Assembly (NCBI GenBank): GCA_965198235.1
Contig: OZ240248.1
Coordinates: 3,744,001-3,808,000 of the forward strand
Direction: 5' to 3'
Source of the DNA: Candidatus Poribacteria bacterium
GTDB taxonomy: Bacteria > Poribacteria > WGA-4E > WGA-3G
Length of the DNA: 64,000 nucleotides
The translations under genes and the position numbers were made by a program. A model generated the notes under the pieces. The model saw nothing but the letters and a program-made list of their open reading frames with translations, searched no databases and was not told where the DNA came from. Position 1 is the stretch's first letter; each line of letters starts with the position of its first letter. Positions 31,573 to 42,306 of this stretch are shown in pieces.

Positions 31573-31758
31573 TTATCGGCTATCGGCTGTCGGCTATCGG
31601 TTAAGAGCTGTTTGTAACAATCTTCCCCAACTTGGAATACTCTAGGAAGTGGTGAATTGTTACATGAAACCTCTTAACCTTAACCATCAACTCGCCTCCG
31701 TTATAAATGTTAAAGCACGAGTTGATGGCTAAAACTGACAACTGACAACCGACAACGA
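31573..31758. repeat. Heptamer arrays in inverted orientation enclosing a 53-bp palindrome
   Basis: (TATCGGC)n...(CTGACAA)n with TTAACCATCAACTCG...CGAGTTGATGGCTAA at 31680-31732. Confidence 0.7.
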
Positions 31759-31764
31759 TAAAAA

Positions 31765-32904
31765 ATGGAACAACAAAAACAGATTCGACCGGATAGAAAA
31801 ACAATCAAGGTATGGAAAAGCCATTTACAAGATGAAGTTGACGCGGGTTTCCTTTATAGTGTTTTCGCCGGTCTTGAATCCGATCCGAAGCGAAAGGACA
31901 TATTAAGTGGACTCGCCGGAGTGGAAAATCGGCATGTAATACGTTGGCGGGAGATGCTTGCTACCTACGATATAAAGGTTAAGAAGCAGCGGCCAACGTT
32001 GAAAGCAAGGTTGATGGCGTGGTATGCTCACCGGTTTGGTAGTGAGTTTCCACTCTCGCAAATGCTCGGTGAGGAGGCTGGTGAAGTCAAAGACTATCTA
32101 ACGCTTCATAGGAACAGCACATTGGCAGATGTGAAGGAGACAGCACTCATTTTAGCCAGAGAATCCGCGATGCATACAGAGAGTTTGCAGGAACTCACCG
32201 GAACGAGTGACGAGCCGTGGCACAAAACCGAATCTGGAGGTATGGTAGGCAACATTGTTTATGGATTTAACGATGGGTTAACGGCGAACTTCGGTTTAGT
32301 TGCCGGTGTCATCGCTGCGACATCGGATGTCTCTACGATTCTTGTGACAGGCATCGTTGGGACGGTCGCGGACTCGCTGTCTATGGGGGCTTCGGGTTAC
32401 CTTGCCGCAAAAAGTGAGCAAGAGGTTTATGAGCACGAAATCGAGGTCGAAAGAGAGGAAATCCGTATCATGCCTGACATTGAGGAGGAGGAACTCGCGC
32501 TTATTTATGCAGCACGAGGTGTACCGGAAGAACAGGCTCGCGAGCTTGCCAAGGAAGTGATGAGCGATCCAGAAAGAGCACTCGCAGAAAAGGTCCAATC
32601 TGAACTTAAAATAGGCGAGTTACATACGACTCCGATCAAAGAAGGATGGATTACAGGATTCGCGACTGCTATCGGCGCCTTCATTCCCGTTGCTCCGTTC
32701 CTTTTTACAAGGGGAGCAGCAGCCATCTGGATCTCATTCACGCTCGCGATGTTATCTCACTTTGCTGTCGGCGCTGCCCGAAGTATCTTCACCGGGCGGA
32801 GTTTGTTTCGCAGTGGCATCGACATGTTCGTTGTAGGGCTTGGTGTCGCAGGGGTTGGCTACCTCGTCGGTGAGCTTTTAGAACGCTTCTTTTTTGGGAA
32901 TTAA
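31765..32904 (+). CDS. VIT1/CCC1-family Fe/Mn transporter with N-terminal ferritin/rubrerythrin-like domain (MbfA-like)
   Basis: ExxH motifs (ENRH, ESAMH); VYGFNDGLTANFGLVAGV, SMGASGYLAAKSEQE. Confidence 0.87.
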   Translation: MEQQKQIRPDRKTIKVWKSHLQDEVDAGFLYSVFAGLESDPKRKDILSGLAGVENRHVIRWREMLATYDIKVKKQRPTLKARLMAWYAHRFGSEFPLSQMLGEEAGEVKDYLTLHRNSTLADVKETALILARESAMHTESLQELTGTSDEPWHKTESGGMVGNIVYGFNDGLTANFGLVAGVIAATSDVSTILVTGIVGTVADSLSMGASGYLAAKSEQEVYEHEIEVEREEIRIMPDIEEEELALIYAARGVPEEQARELAKEVMSDPERALAEKVQSELKIGELHTTPIKEGWITGFATAIGAFIPVAPFLFTRGAAAIWISFTLAMLSHFAVGAARSIFTGRSLFRSGIDMFVVGLGVAGVGYLVGELLERFFFGN

Positions 32905-32908
32905 AATT

Positions 32909-33871
32909 ATGCAGAGAGTTTACATTTCGTTATGTTTGATAGCTATTCTTGTGTTCATGGGGTGTGATTCAAAAAGGAAACCTCCTGATGCTTCCGTTGG
33001 TGGGAAACTTCGTGTTGTCACGACGATCGGTATGATTACCGATATTGTTAAAAATGTTGGTGGCGAACGCGTTGAGGTCACAGGATTAATGGGACCCGGG
33101 GTAGATCCACACCTTTATAAGGCGAGTGCGGGTGATGTGCAGAGGTTAACTTCGGCGCAACTCATTTTCTATAATGGACTGCACCTTGAGTCAAAAATGG
33201 GTGACATCCTTGCCAAGATGTCGGGAAACACGAAGACTGTTGCCGTAACAGATGCAGTTGACCGAAGCCTGCTACTAACACCACCGGAATTTGAAGGGCA
33301 ATACGATCCACACTTATGGTTTGACGTAGCACTATGGATGAAAGCGGTGGGGAAGGTTCGTGATACGCTGAGTGAATTCGATTCGGACAATACGCTAATG
33401 TACTGGACCAATGCTGAACGCTACCTCGCGAAACTTACGGAACTGCACGCGTACGTGAAGGCACAGGCAGAACGCGTACCACCTGAACAACGAATACTCG
33501 TAACGGCACACGACGCTTTTAACTATTTTGGGAAGGCTTATGGGTTTGAGGTGCGCGGGCTACAGGGTATTAGCACCGCAACAGAGGCGGGTATCGCCGA
33601 TGTTCAGGAATTGGCGACCTTTATAGCTAAGAAACGCACCCCCGCAATTTTTGTGGAATCCTCTGTTTCGCCGAGGAGTCTTAAAGCAGTCCAAGCAGCT
33701 GTGAACTCAAAAGGTTTTAATGTGGAGATCGGAGGGCAACTCTACTCCGACGCTATGGGTAACGATGGGACACCTGAAGGCACTTATATTGGGATGGTTC
33801 GCCATAATATTGATACGATTGTGACTGCACTCATTGGGGGAACATCCGCCGGTTCTGTGGTGGGGAATTAA
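32909..33871 (+). CDS. Mn/Zn/Fe ABC transporter substrate-binding lipoprotein (TroA/MntA-like)
   Basis: Lipobox [32 protein letters not shown]. Confidence 0.93.
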   Translation: MQRVYISLCLIAILVFMGCDSKRKPPDASVGGKLRVVTTIGMITDIVKNVGGERVEVTGLMGPGVDPHLYKASAGDVQRLTSAQLIFYNGLHLESKMGDILAKMSGNTKTVAVTDAVDRSLLLTPPEFEGQYDPHLWFDVALWMKAVGKVRDTLSEFDSDNTLMYWTNAERYLAKLTELHAYVKAQAERVPPEQRILVTAHDAFNYFGKAYGFEVRGLQGISTATEAGIADVQELATFIAKKRTPAIFVESSVSPRSLKAVQAAVNSKGFNVEIGGQLYSDAMGNDGTPEGTYIGMVRHNIDTIVTALIGGTSAGSVVGN

Positions 33872-33873
33872 GC

Positions 33874-34614
33874 ATGCAAGCCTCTGTACCGAAAGCCATT
33901 GAAGTAACCGATCTGACAGTTGCCTATCAAGATCAACCTGTCTTGTGGGATGTCGATTTGGATGTGCCACCAGGGGTGCTTTTGTCGATCGTCGGTCCGA
34001 ATGGTGCAGGCAAAACGACGTTAATCAAGGCGATTTTGGGGTTGGTACGTCCCGCGGCAGGCAACGTCTTGATTTACGACAAACCTTATGAAGCACAACG
34101 TCGGATTGTCGGTTATGTCCCACAACGCGGGACTGTTGACTGGGATTTTCCAACAAACGTCTTAGATGTCGTCATGATGGGACGCTACGGTGCGCTCGGA
34201 TGGATGCGGAGACCCGGAAAGCCGGAACGCGAACTTGCTATGTCCGCATTGGAGAAGGTCGGTATGGAAGCGTACACCAATCGGCAGATCAGTCAACTCT
34301 CTGGCGGGCAACAACAGCGTGTTTTCCTCGCACGCGCCCTTGTTCAAGATGCTACGATATACTTGATGGATGAGCCTTTTCAAGGCGTTGATGCTACCAC
34401 TGAACGCGCGATTGTTACGCTACTTCAGGAGCTCCGAGAAAACGGGAAAACCGTTGTCGTGGTGCATCACGATTTACAGACTGTAACGGACTATTTTGAT
34501 TGGGTAATGCTCTTGAACATTCGCCGGATTGCGAGCGGACCCGTTGACGAAACGTTCACACCTGAAAATTTGCGTGCAACTTATGGCGGTCGTGTCGCAT
34601 TTATGACAAAGTAG
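33874..34614 (+). CDS. Metal ABC transporter ATPase (TroB/MntB-like)
   Basis: [33 protein letters not shown]. Confidence 0.93.
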   Translation: MQASVPKAIEVTDLTVAYQDQPVLWDVDLDVPPGVLLSIVGPNGAGKTTLIKAILGLVRPAAGNVLIYDKPYEAQRRIVGYVPQRGTVDWDFPTNVLDVVMMGRYGALGWMRRPGKPERELAMSALEKVGMEAYTNRQISQLSGGQQQRVFLARALVQDATIYLMDEPFQGVDATTERAIVTLLQELRENGKTVVVVHHDLQTVTDYFDWVMLLNIRRIASGPVDETFTPENLRATYGGRVAFMTK

Positions 34615-34647
34615 TTGACAGTTAACTGACAACTGATAACTAATAAA

Positions 34648-35586
34648 ATGGAAAATTTGAGTATCCTAACGCATCTTGATTATACACTCATGATTGTTGC
34701 CATCGGTGCTGCCTTACTTGGTGCTGTAAGCGGATCACTCGGCACCTATGCTGTTTTGCGCCGGCAGAGTCTCCTCGGCGATGCTATCTCGCATGCCGCG
34801 TTGCCCGGCGTTGCAATCGCATTTCTGCTGACGGGAAGCAAAACACCTCTGATTCTGGTGCTCGGTGCGGCAATTGCGGGCTGGCTCGGCACGCTGCTCA
34901 TTTTGAGTATCGTGAGGCTGACGCGTATCAAATACGATAGCGCGCTTGGGATCGTGCTCTCTACCTTTTTCGGATTCGGTTTAGTGCTGCATACGCTGAT
35001 TCAGCGTACAGGCAATGCGAATCAAGCCGGATTAGATACGTTTCTCTTCGGACAAGCCGCCACAATTCTGGAGAGTGATATATTGACAATTGGTATACTC
35101 GGGGGTTTTGCAATCATTGTCATGTTTGTCTTTTGGAAAGAGTTGAAACTGTTGATTTTCGATGAAGGTTTCGCTGCATCACTTGGGTTCCCAACCCGCA
35201 TGCTTGACATTCTGTTGACGAGTCTCCTTGTTATAGCGATCGTTCTCGGTTTGCAAGCTGTCGGTGCTGTCCTGATGAGTGCAATGTTGGTCGCGCCAGC
35301 GGTCGCCGCCCGACAATGGACAAATAGGCTCGGTGTGATGATGTTTCTCGCTGCATGTTTTGGGGCACTCGCAGGCGTGAGTGGAACTATTATTAGCAGT
35401 AGTGCTTCACGCATCCCAACCGGTCCAACGATTGTGTTGTGTGCAACAGTTGTGGTAGGCTTCTCGATCGTTTTTGCCTTGAATCGCGGGCTTTTATGGG
35501 ACTGGTTTCGGCACCAACGAAACAAACAGAGTCTAAAAGTGGCAACGGATAGGTTGTTAAAGCAACCGCAACGTGGGAGCGAATAG
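34648..35586 (+). CDS. Metal ABC transporter permease (TroC/MntC-like)
   Basis: LRRQSLLGDAISHAALPG (ABC-3 family). Confidence 0.92.
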   Translation: MENLSILTHLDYTLMIVAIGAALLGAVSGSLGTYAVLRRQSLLGDAISHAALPGVAIAFLLTGSKTPLILVLGAAIAGWLGTLLILSIVRLTRIKYDSALGIVLSTFFGFGLVLHTLIQRTGNANQAGLDTFLFGQAATILESDILTIGILGGFAIIVMFVFWKELKLLIFDEGFAASLGFPTRMLDILLTSLLVIAIVLGLQAVGAVLMSAMLVAPAVAARQWTNRLGVMMFLAACFGALAGVSGTIISSSASRIPTGPTIVLCATVVVGFSIVFALNRGLLWDWFRHQRNKQSLKVATDRLLKQPQRGSE

Positions 35587-35592
35587 TAGGAA

Positions 35593-36702
35593 GTGATGCA
35601 AGGCCATCTTGATATCCAACTCATTGCGATTGTCACGGCGGTGGCATGTGCCTTGCCCGGTGTGTTTTTGGTGCTACGGCGGATGACTTTGATGAGCGAT
35701 GCGATTAGCCACGCGATTCTCCCCGGCATCGTACTTGCTTTTTTTCTCACGGAGAGTCTGTCCTCGCCACTCCTGATTCTTGCCGCTGCGGGAACCGGTG
35801 TGCTTACCGTTGTTTTCGTTGAGTTACTGCAACGGACGAAACTGGTGAAAGAGGATGCCGCGATTGGATTGACGTTCCCCGCCCTTTTCAGCATCGGGGT
35901 GATCCTGATTTCCAGATTTGCAGGCAGTGTTCACTTGGATATGGATGCCGTCCTTCTCGGCGAACTGGCTTACGCGCCGCTTAACCGGTTAGGTGTTTTC
36001 GGATACGATTTTGGTCCCGTATCTGTATATGTCATGGGAACGATTCTGCTGCTGAACCTCGCCTTTATTCTGCTATTTTACAAAGAATTAAAGTTAGCAA
36101 CTTTTGACGCAAGTTTAGCTGCCACGTTAGGGTTCGCGCCTACCCTTATCCACTACGGGCTGATGACACTGGTATCCGTAACAACAGTCGGGGCATTTGA
36201 CGCTGTTGGCTCTATATTAGTCGTTGCTCTCATCGCTGGACCCCCTGCTACCGCTTATCTCATGACAAACAGACTCTCGCTGATGCTCACCCTGAGTGCG
36301 ATTATCGGGAGTGTGAACGCTGTGAGTGGCTATTGGCTCGCGTATCTCTTTGATGTTTCTATTGCGGGGTCGATTGCGACAATGACGCTCCTTGTGTTCG
36401 GGTTGATTTTTCTGGTTGTTCCGAACCGTGGACTTATCGCTATCGCGCGTAGGCGGACACGCCAAAAATGGGAGTTTGCCCAAACGATGTTAGTTATTCA
36501 CCTTTTTAATCACGAGGGACTTCCGGAGGCGGAGGCGGAATCAGAGATAGCACACCTCCATGAGCATCTCCGTTGGGATCCCGCATTTGCGACCCAAGTC
36601 GTAAGATACGCATTGAACAACCGATGTGTTTCTCAAGAGGAGACACTGTTAACGCTAACGGAACATGGGCGCACTGTAGCACAGCAGGCACTTGTGCAAT
36701 AG
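35593..36702 (+). CDS. Metal ABC transporter permease (TroD/MntD-like) with C-terminal winged-helix-like extension
   Basis: DAISHAILPG; soluble C-terminal tail ending LTLTEHGRTVA. Confidence 0.9.
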   Translation: MMQGHLDIQLIAIVTAVACALPGVFLVLRRMTLMSDAISHAILPGIVLAFFLTESLSSPLLILAAAGTGVLTVVFVELLQRTKLVKEDAAIGLTFPALFSIGVILISRFAGSVHLDMDAVLLGELAYAPLNRLGVFGYDFGPVSVYVMGTILLLNLAFILLFYKELKLATFDASLAATLGFAPTLIHYGLMTLVSVTTVGAFDAVGSILVVALIAGPPATAYLMTNRLSLMLTLSAIIGSVNAVSGYWLAYLFDVSIAGSIATMTLLVFGLIFLVVPNRGLIAIARRRTRQKWEFAQTMLVIHLFNHEGLPEAEAESEIAHLHEHLRWDPAFATQVVRYALNNRCVSQEETLLTLTEHGRTVAQQALVQ

Positions 36703-36891
36703 CGATAGACTGGCATCCTGAATCAAGAATCGTTTTCTTGAGACATTCTAATATACTGTTAAAAACAAATCTGACAAACATCGTTTTTTGTGGTATCCTA
36801 TATTATATAGTGGTGTCGGTTTTGCAATTTCGGACAAGCCCACCTCATGAAAAAGATTTGACAACTTCATAGGAGTAGTACCACGATTACA

Positions 36892-37116
36892 ATGACGTAT
36901 AAAGAGTATATCGCTCAAATCGTCTATAGCGAAGAAGACGCTTGTTTCATCGGAGATCTTGTAGGTATTCGTGATATAATCAGTTTTCACGGCGATTCTC
37001 TTGAGGAGATTCGTACCGCTTTTGAAGAATCCGTTGACGATTACCTCTTAACGTGTCAAGAATTCAATCGCTCACCACAGAAGCCTGTTTATGCCAAAGT
37101 GGCGACAGCGGACTGA
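36892..37116 (+). CDS. HicB-family antitoxin (short, orphan)
   Basis: MTYKEYIAQI...DIISFHGDSLEEIRTAFEESVDDYL...PQKP. Confidence 0.82.
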   Translation: MTYKEYIAQIVYSEEDACFIGDLVGIRDIISFHGDSLEEIRTAFEESVDDYLLTCQEFNRSPQKPVYAKVATAD

Positions 37117-37170
37117 TAGGGAAATTAGAATACCCCTCTTACGATGGGTATAAAAATAAAGGGAAAAGCC

Positions 37171-39486
37171 ATGAAACGAATCGGTTGGAAATGGTTTTTA
37201 GGAGGCATTCTCCTTCTCAATATGGTATGGATGGCAAGTGCCGATGAAACAGCACTCAAAAATCCTGATGGCTCATGGAAGTGGACCAATCGACTTATCC
37301 ATGAGACCAGTCCTTACTTATTGCTCCACGCGCATAACCCCGTAGAGTGGTATCCGTGGAATGATGAAGCATTAGCGCGTGCGAAGAAAGAAAACAAGTT
37401 AATTTTTCTCTCTGTCGGATACTCCACATGCTATTGGTGCCACGTCATGGAACGGGAGGTCTTCTCAAATCCAGAAATCGCCGCGGTGATGAACAAAAAC
37501 TTTATTAATATCAAGATTGATAGGGAAGAACGTCCAGACTTAGACGAAATCTATATGACAGCGACGCAGCTCCTGATTCAGCGAGGCGGATGGCCCAACT
37601 CTGTTTTCCTCATCCCTAATTTAAAGCCGTTTTATGCTGGCACCTATTTTCCACCGACAGATATGCCCGGCAGACCGGGGTTTCCAACTATCCTTGATGC
37701 GGTGCATGAAGCTTGGGTAACGCGAGAGGCGGAAGTCATTGCAGCAGCAAACCAGATTTCAAGGACGATTGAGATGGCAACGAGTGGCGGGTTCACCGCA
37801 CTCACTACCACACCACTGGATAGATCCCTTACGACTGCTGCATTGGACTATCTCCGGACTACCTATAATCATGCCTACGGCGGATTTGGTGGCGCACCGA
37901 AATTCCCAAGTCCTGCCAATCTTGAATTTTTGCTAAGTGAATACGAGCGAAGATCGGGGTTACAAACCCCTCCCACAGAAAATGAATCGTTGTTGAAGAT
38001 GGTGACGTATACGCTTGATATGATGGCTTACGGTGGGATGTATGACCAGATAGGCGGCGGGTTTCACCGGTATTCTGTTGATGCAAAATGGCTCGTTCCG
38101 CATTTTGAGAAGATGCTTTACGATAACGCACAATTGGCGAAAGTATACCTCCATGCCTATCAGTTAACACAAGAAGATCGCTATCGGCGTATTGCTGAAG
38201 AGATCTTCGGTTTCATTTTCCGAGAAATGACGGCACCTGAAGGTGGATTCTATTCAGCATTGGATGCTGAAACAGATGCCGAAGAAGGAAAGTATTATGT
38301 GTGGACTGCCGATGAAATTCGGAAGATTCTTGGTAAAAAGCGTGCGGCACGTTTCGCTGGTGTTTATGGCGTTGATAAGGGACCTAATTTTGAGGGTAAA
38401 AATGTTCTCTATGTTCCTAAAGGCACAGCGGCGGAGGATGCTCTCAAGGAAGTAGAATCTGCACGAGAGAAACTCTTAACGGCACGCTTTGATCGCGAAT
38501 ACCCCTTGCTGGACACAAAAATCATTGTTAATTGGAACGGCTTGATGATAGACGCGCTCGCTTACGGCTATCAGGTGCTTGGGAAGGAGCGGTATCTTAT
38601 CGCTGCATCGAAAGCTGCCCGATTTATTCTTGACACCCTGAAAAAACCGGATGGTGAATTGTGTCATGCCTATACTGCAGGTGTTGTAAAACGGGATGTG
38701 TATCTTGATGACTACGCCTTTTTTGTCCGAGGTCTGCTTGGATTGTATCAGGCTACGGGTGATAAAGAGTGGTTGAATTCAGCAAGAACGCTGACTGATG
38801 GGATGATTCGACTTTTTTGGGATGACAAAAACGGAGGCTTCTATTACACGAAGGCGGATGCAAAGCATCTGATTGTGCGTACCAAGAAACCTTATGACTC
38901 CGCAATTCCGTCTGGCAACGCTGTCGCTGTCGCAAATCTATTGGCATTTGGGACGGGTTATCGAGATTATGCTGAAGAAACGCTGCGGAGTTTCGCTAAA
39001 TCCATGTCACAAAGTCCCTCGTCCTTCATGTATATGCACTTTGCCCTTAACCGTTATCTGACCGCAGGAGAAGGACTCAGTTCTGCAGCGCCGTCGATCG
39101 TAAGCGTGACCGCTGAAGTTAATGCCCAAAACAAAGGAATATACGATGTGATGCTTCAACTCAACATTGCTGAGGGGTGGCACATTAACGCGAACCCCGC
39201 GGGTCAAGATAATTTAATTCCAACAACTGTTACGGTGGATGCTGATACCCCGTTTGAAATTCTCGATGTAGCGTATCCGAAAGGGAGATCGACACGCTTT
39301 GAATTTAGTAACGAATCCTTGAATGTTTATGAAGAAAGCCTCACGATTCCGTTGCAGTTAAAACAGAAAGCGAATATGAAGCACGACAAAAACGTCCCAA
39401 TTACGCTAAAACTCACCTATCAACTCTGTAATGAAACCGAATGTTTGTTGCCGCAGACATTAGATATTCCGTTAGAAGTGCCGTAG
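37171..39486 (+). CDS. YyaL/DUF255 thioredoxin-domain protein with C-terminal DsbD-N-like domain
   Basis: [42 protein letters not shown]; C-terminal GWHINANP...[10 protein letters not shown]. Confidence 0.9.
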   Translation: MKRIGWKWFLGGILLLNMVWMASADETALKNPDGSWKWTNRLIHETSPYLLLHAHNPVEWYPWNDEALARAKKENKLIFLSVGYSTCYWCHVMEREVFSNPEIAAVMNKNFINIKIDREERPDLDEIYMTATQLLIQRGGWPNSVFLIPNLKPFYAGTYFPPTDMPGRPGFPTILDAVHEAWVTREAEVIAAANQISRTIEMATSGGFTALTTTPLDRSLTTAALDYLRTTYNHAYGGFGGAPKFPSPANLEFLLSEYERRSGLQTPPTENESLLKMVTYTLDMMAYGGMYDQIGGGFHRYSVDAKWLVPHFEKMLYDNAQLAKVYLHAYQLTQEDRYRRIAEEIFGFIFREMTAPEGGFYSALDAETDAEEGKYYVWTADEIRKILGKKRAARFAGVYGVDKGPNFEGKNVLYVPKGTAAEDALKEVESAREKLLTARFDREYPLLDTKIIVNWNGLMIDALAYGYQVLGKERYLIAASKAARFILDTLKKPDGELCHAYTAGVVKRDVYLDDYAFFVRGLLGLYQATGDKEWLNSARTLTDGMIRLFWDDKNGGFYYTKADAKHLIVRTKKPYDSAIPSGNAVAVANLLAFGTGYRDYAEETLRSFAKSMSQSPSSFMYMHFALNRYLTAGEGLSSAAPSIVSVTAEVNAQNKGIYDVMLQLNIAEGWHINANPAGQDNLIPTTVTVDADTPFEILDVAYPKGRSTRFEFSNESLNVYEESLTIPLQLKQKANMKHDKNVPITLKLTYQLCNETECLLPQTLDIPLEVP

Positions 39487-39565
39487 TTTTTCCCAATTAG
39501 CAGTGAGGGTCCTGCCACAACAGATGTATTTACAAAGGACACCTCCCACAATTTACGGGACTCCC

Positions 39566-40033
39566 TTAAAAAGCCCAATCCTTTAGGTTTGGGTCCACCC
39601 CAGTAACGTCCGTGCTGGAGTCCAAAATAGATTTGACATTTCGTCAAAAATGTGGTATAATTTTATGTAACTTGCTGGACAATGCTCTGACCCCGCACAC
39701 TTGTGCGGGTGTTGTCCACCACTGTCAGAGGGGGTATAAACAAGTCGCAACTCTCACTGCGAGGCAACCTTGCTAAAAAACATGTATCGGTAGCAGCCCA
39801 TAAGTTTCGTAGACGTGAAATCCGTCACGCAGGATAACTGCTACCCCCCTTTTTCTTTGGCAGGCAGGGATAGTTTCCGTGAAAGTTTCCGCACGATATG
39901 CCCTCTATCCACTTAATTCAGGATAGTGGGGAATTGCCTGCTGGTGGAGCGATAATAAGACGTTCAACCCTTTCAGAAGAACGCAGTTGCTATGAAACCG
40001 AAGCCCACGCCTTTAGGCGTTGGGTGCTATCAC
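39566..40033 (+). mobile_element. Non-autonomous IS200/IS605-family remnant (no transposase or TnpB ORF)
   Basis: Two directly oriented end hairpins AAGCCCAATCCTTTAGGTTTGGGT (39571) and AAGCCCACGCCTTTAGGCGTTGGGT (40001), the latter followed by ...TCAC. Confidence 0.65.
39633..39661 (+). promoter_or_regulatory. Consensus sigma70 promoter with extended -10
   Basis: TTGACA-N17-TATAAT, with TG one base before the -10. Confidence 0.8.
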
Positions 40034-40081
40034 GAATCCTACCCAATTCTGTTAGTACGCACTACCTTGGGAGGAGCTTGC

Positions 40082-40915
40082 GTGAAAACCTTTATTTCAA
40101 GTTACACTACGATATTTTTTCTGTTAGTGACATGTGTCATTGCATTTGCTGGTGTTGTTGAGGATCCTGTGCTCTATCTCGATGCCTCTGACAACCCTGC
40201 TCATCCGAAGGCATGGGAGAACCTCGGTACCGAAGGCGGTGAATTGCTTGCCGCAGACAAACCAATGGAACTCGAAGAAGGCGAAATTAAAATTCCTACC
40301 CTCGGTATCGTCCAGCCGAACGTGAAGTATTACACCACCACGGATTCCCATCAGACCTTTGGCGGTCCACCCAAGAAAAATACCCCGCTATTTTTCGAGG
40401 ACTGGACCTTGGAGTTCCTCTGTAGGCGCAACGGTGACTTTTTTGTTGAAGAGCATCACTTCGTCGGTTTCCAGAATAGTCCAAGAGAGGGCAAGCAGGG
40501 GATTCGGCTTTGGTTCCGTCCATCGCCTCAGAATCTGGACATCTCTATCCATGCCAAGGGGACTAAGCAAGCCGTTCAACCCCTTAACATTACGCTTAAC
40601 CAAGGTGAATGGAACTGGATAGCAGTCGTCGGTACGAGCGGTAAGTCGATTGTGGCGTATCAAAACGGTAAAGAGGTTAGCAAGCAACCCGGTTTTGATT
40701 TCGATAAGAAAATACCGATAAACGACATCTCTATCGGTGCTAATTCTTGGGATGAACGCCGTCGGAATTTTAACGGTTCAATCGCTATCGTTCGAGTTTA
40801 TGATAAAGCACTGACCGCAGCGGAGATCAACGGGAATATTGATGGCGCGTTTGCTGTTGATCCGGCGGACAAACTCCCGACGACATGGGCACGCGTAAAG
40901 CGCGGCTATGAATAA
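40082..40915 (+). CDS. Exported LamG-like protein
   Basis: GGAGGAG RBS plus GTG at 40082; signal peptide, LYLDAS, FNGSIAIVRVYDKALT, tail AVDPADKLPTTWARVK. Confidence 0.83.
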   Translation: MKTFISSYTTIFFLLVTCVIAFAGVVEDPVLYLDASDNPAHPKAWENLGTEGGELLAADKPMELEEGEIKIPTLGIVQPNVKYYTTTDSHQTFGGPPKKNTPLFFEDWTLEFLCRRNGDFFVEEHHFVGFQNSPREGKQGIRLWFRPSPQNLDISIHAKGTKQAVQPLNITLNQGEWNWIAVVGTSGKSIVAYQNGKEVSKQPGFDFDKKIPINDISIGANSWDERRRNFNGSIAIVRVYDKALTAAEINGNIDGAFAVDPADKLPTTWARVKRGYE

Positions 40916-41106
40916 TAGCGCGCATATACCTCTGGGTCGCGACGCCTTTCTCTCCGCAAAGGTTTTGTAGGAGCTACCTCCTGATCGCGACCCTTTCTCC
41001 TTTCGATATTGACTCTTACGGAAACAGAAATGTCTGGACCTTACCCTATTCGTCCGTCCCACTACCTTGTTCTGGATGATCGCCTCATTGACGTTGCATT
41101 CCGCCT

Positions 41107-42306
41107 CTACAACGTCCCGGCGTGCGCCCGAATCTTCTGGAACGCGTCTAAAATTTGTTGCATATCGCCTGTGTCCCCTAAGAACATGGAATGTCCAAAA
41201 CTACAGACCTCTTCTCTGTAGACTCGTTCTGCGTTCGGGCAATTGAGCGTGCTATAATCAATCGCCTGGTCCCCAAGGTATTTGCGTGGTAATCCGAGCC
41301 GATCAAACAGTTCGGGGTTGCCGAAAGGACCTTCGTTGTAAATGGGTTCACCATGCGCACCGACCCCACACGGAACACCTTCTGCGCGGAGTGCTTCTAA
41401 GAACCTGTCGCGTGAAACACCGCCGAATTCCTCAGATACAAACCGGAAATCCCAATAGTAGAAACACCATCGCGTGGCACGCGCATCGCGCGGGATCGGG
41501 TGGAGCCCATCTATCGCTTCCATGCCCTTGGAGAGATATGCAATATTCCGTTCGCGCGTCTCTACCTGCTCTTCAAACCGTTCCAATTGATTCAGTAAGA
41601 GCGTCGCTTGGAAGTTGGTCATCCGCATATTCAGCTGTGCGAATTGACCTGCCTTTTCTGCGAGTGTTTCATCGTTTGTCAGCACCATTCCGCCTTCGCC
41701 ACAGGTGAGCGTCTTTCCCATCTGGAAGCTGAATGCGCCGAGGTGTCCGATTGAGCCGAGTCCTTTTCCGCGCCATTGTGAACCGTGTGCGTGCGCACAG
41801 TCCTCAATCACTTTGAGATTGCGTCTTTCAGCAATCTCCATGATCGCGTCCATGTCTGCAGGGTAGCCGCCGTTATGCACAGGGATAATCGCCCGCGTTT
41901 GGGGCGTAATGGCTTTCTCAATCGCATCGGGTGCGATATTATAAGTAAGCGGATCGATGTCAACAATCACCGGCACGGCGTTGACACAGACAGCCGATGT
42001 CCCTGTCGCGACAAAAGTGAGCGCGGGGACGATCACCTCATCACCGGCACTGATGCCAGCAGCCTTTAGTGCGCATTGTAACGCCACAGTCCCGTTTGCG
42101 AGTGGAATCCCGTATTTCGCATCCTGAAACGCCGCGAATTTTTCACCGACTTCATCGACTTTCTCGCGTCGGTTCCACGCACCACTCCGCAAGGTCTCTA
42201 AAAGTGCGTTCTCTTCGGTTTCATCATAAATGGGCCAACTTTTCCCTAAACTTCCTTTGACGATAGGTTCACCGCCATTAAGTGCCAACTTGGTTTCCAT
42301 GTCCAT
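41107..42306 (-). CDS. DegT/DnrJ/EryC1/StrS PLP aminotransferase
   Basis: NGTVAL, IEDCAHAHG, FSFQMGKTLTCGEGG. Confidence 0.92.
   Translation of the reverse strand: MDMETKLALNGGEPIVKGSLGKSWPIYDETEENALLETLRSGAWNRREKVDEVGEKFAAFQDAKYGIPLANGTVALQCALKAAGISAGDEVIVPALTFVATGTSAVCVNAVPVIVDIDPLTYNIAPDAIEKAITPQTRAIIPVHNGGYPADMDAIMEIAERRNLKVIEDCAHAHGSQWRGKGLGSIGHLGAFSFQMGKTLTCGEGGMVLTNDETLAEKAGQFAQLNMRMTNFQATLLLNQLERFEEQVETRERNIAYLSKGMEAIDGLHPIPRDARATRWCFYYWDFRFVSEEFGGVSRDRFLEALRAEGVPCGVGAHGEPIYNEGPFGNPELFDRLGLPRKYLGDQAIDYSTLNCPNAERVYREEVCSFGHSMFLGDTGDMQQILDAFQKIRAHAGTL

Noticed and set aside
35022-35894. 290-aa antisense ORF
   Set aside because: Shadow of the hydrophobic permease genes on the opposite strand; no recognisable motif
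39992-40081. N-terminal extension of the LamG ORF in the ORF track
   Set aside because: It reads through the IS-like right-end hairpin; a strong RBS and GTG at 40082 give a proper signal peptide
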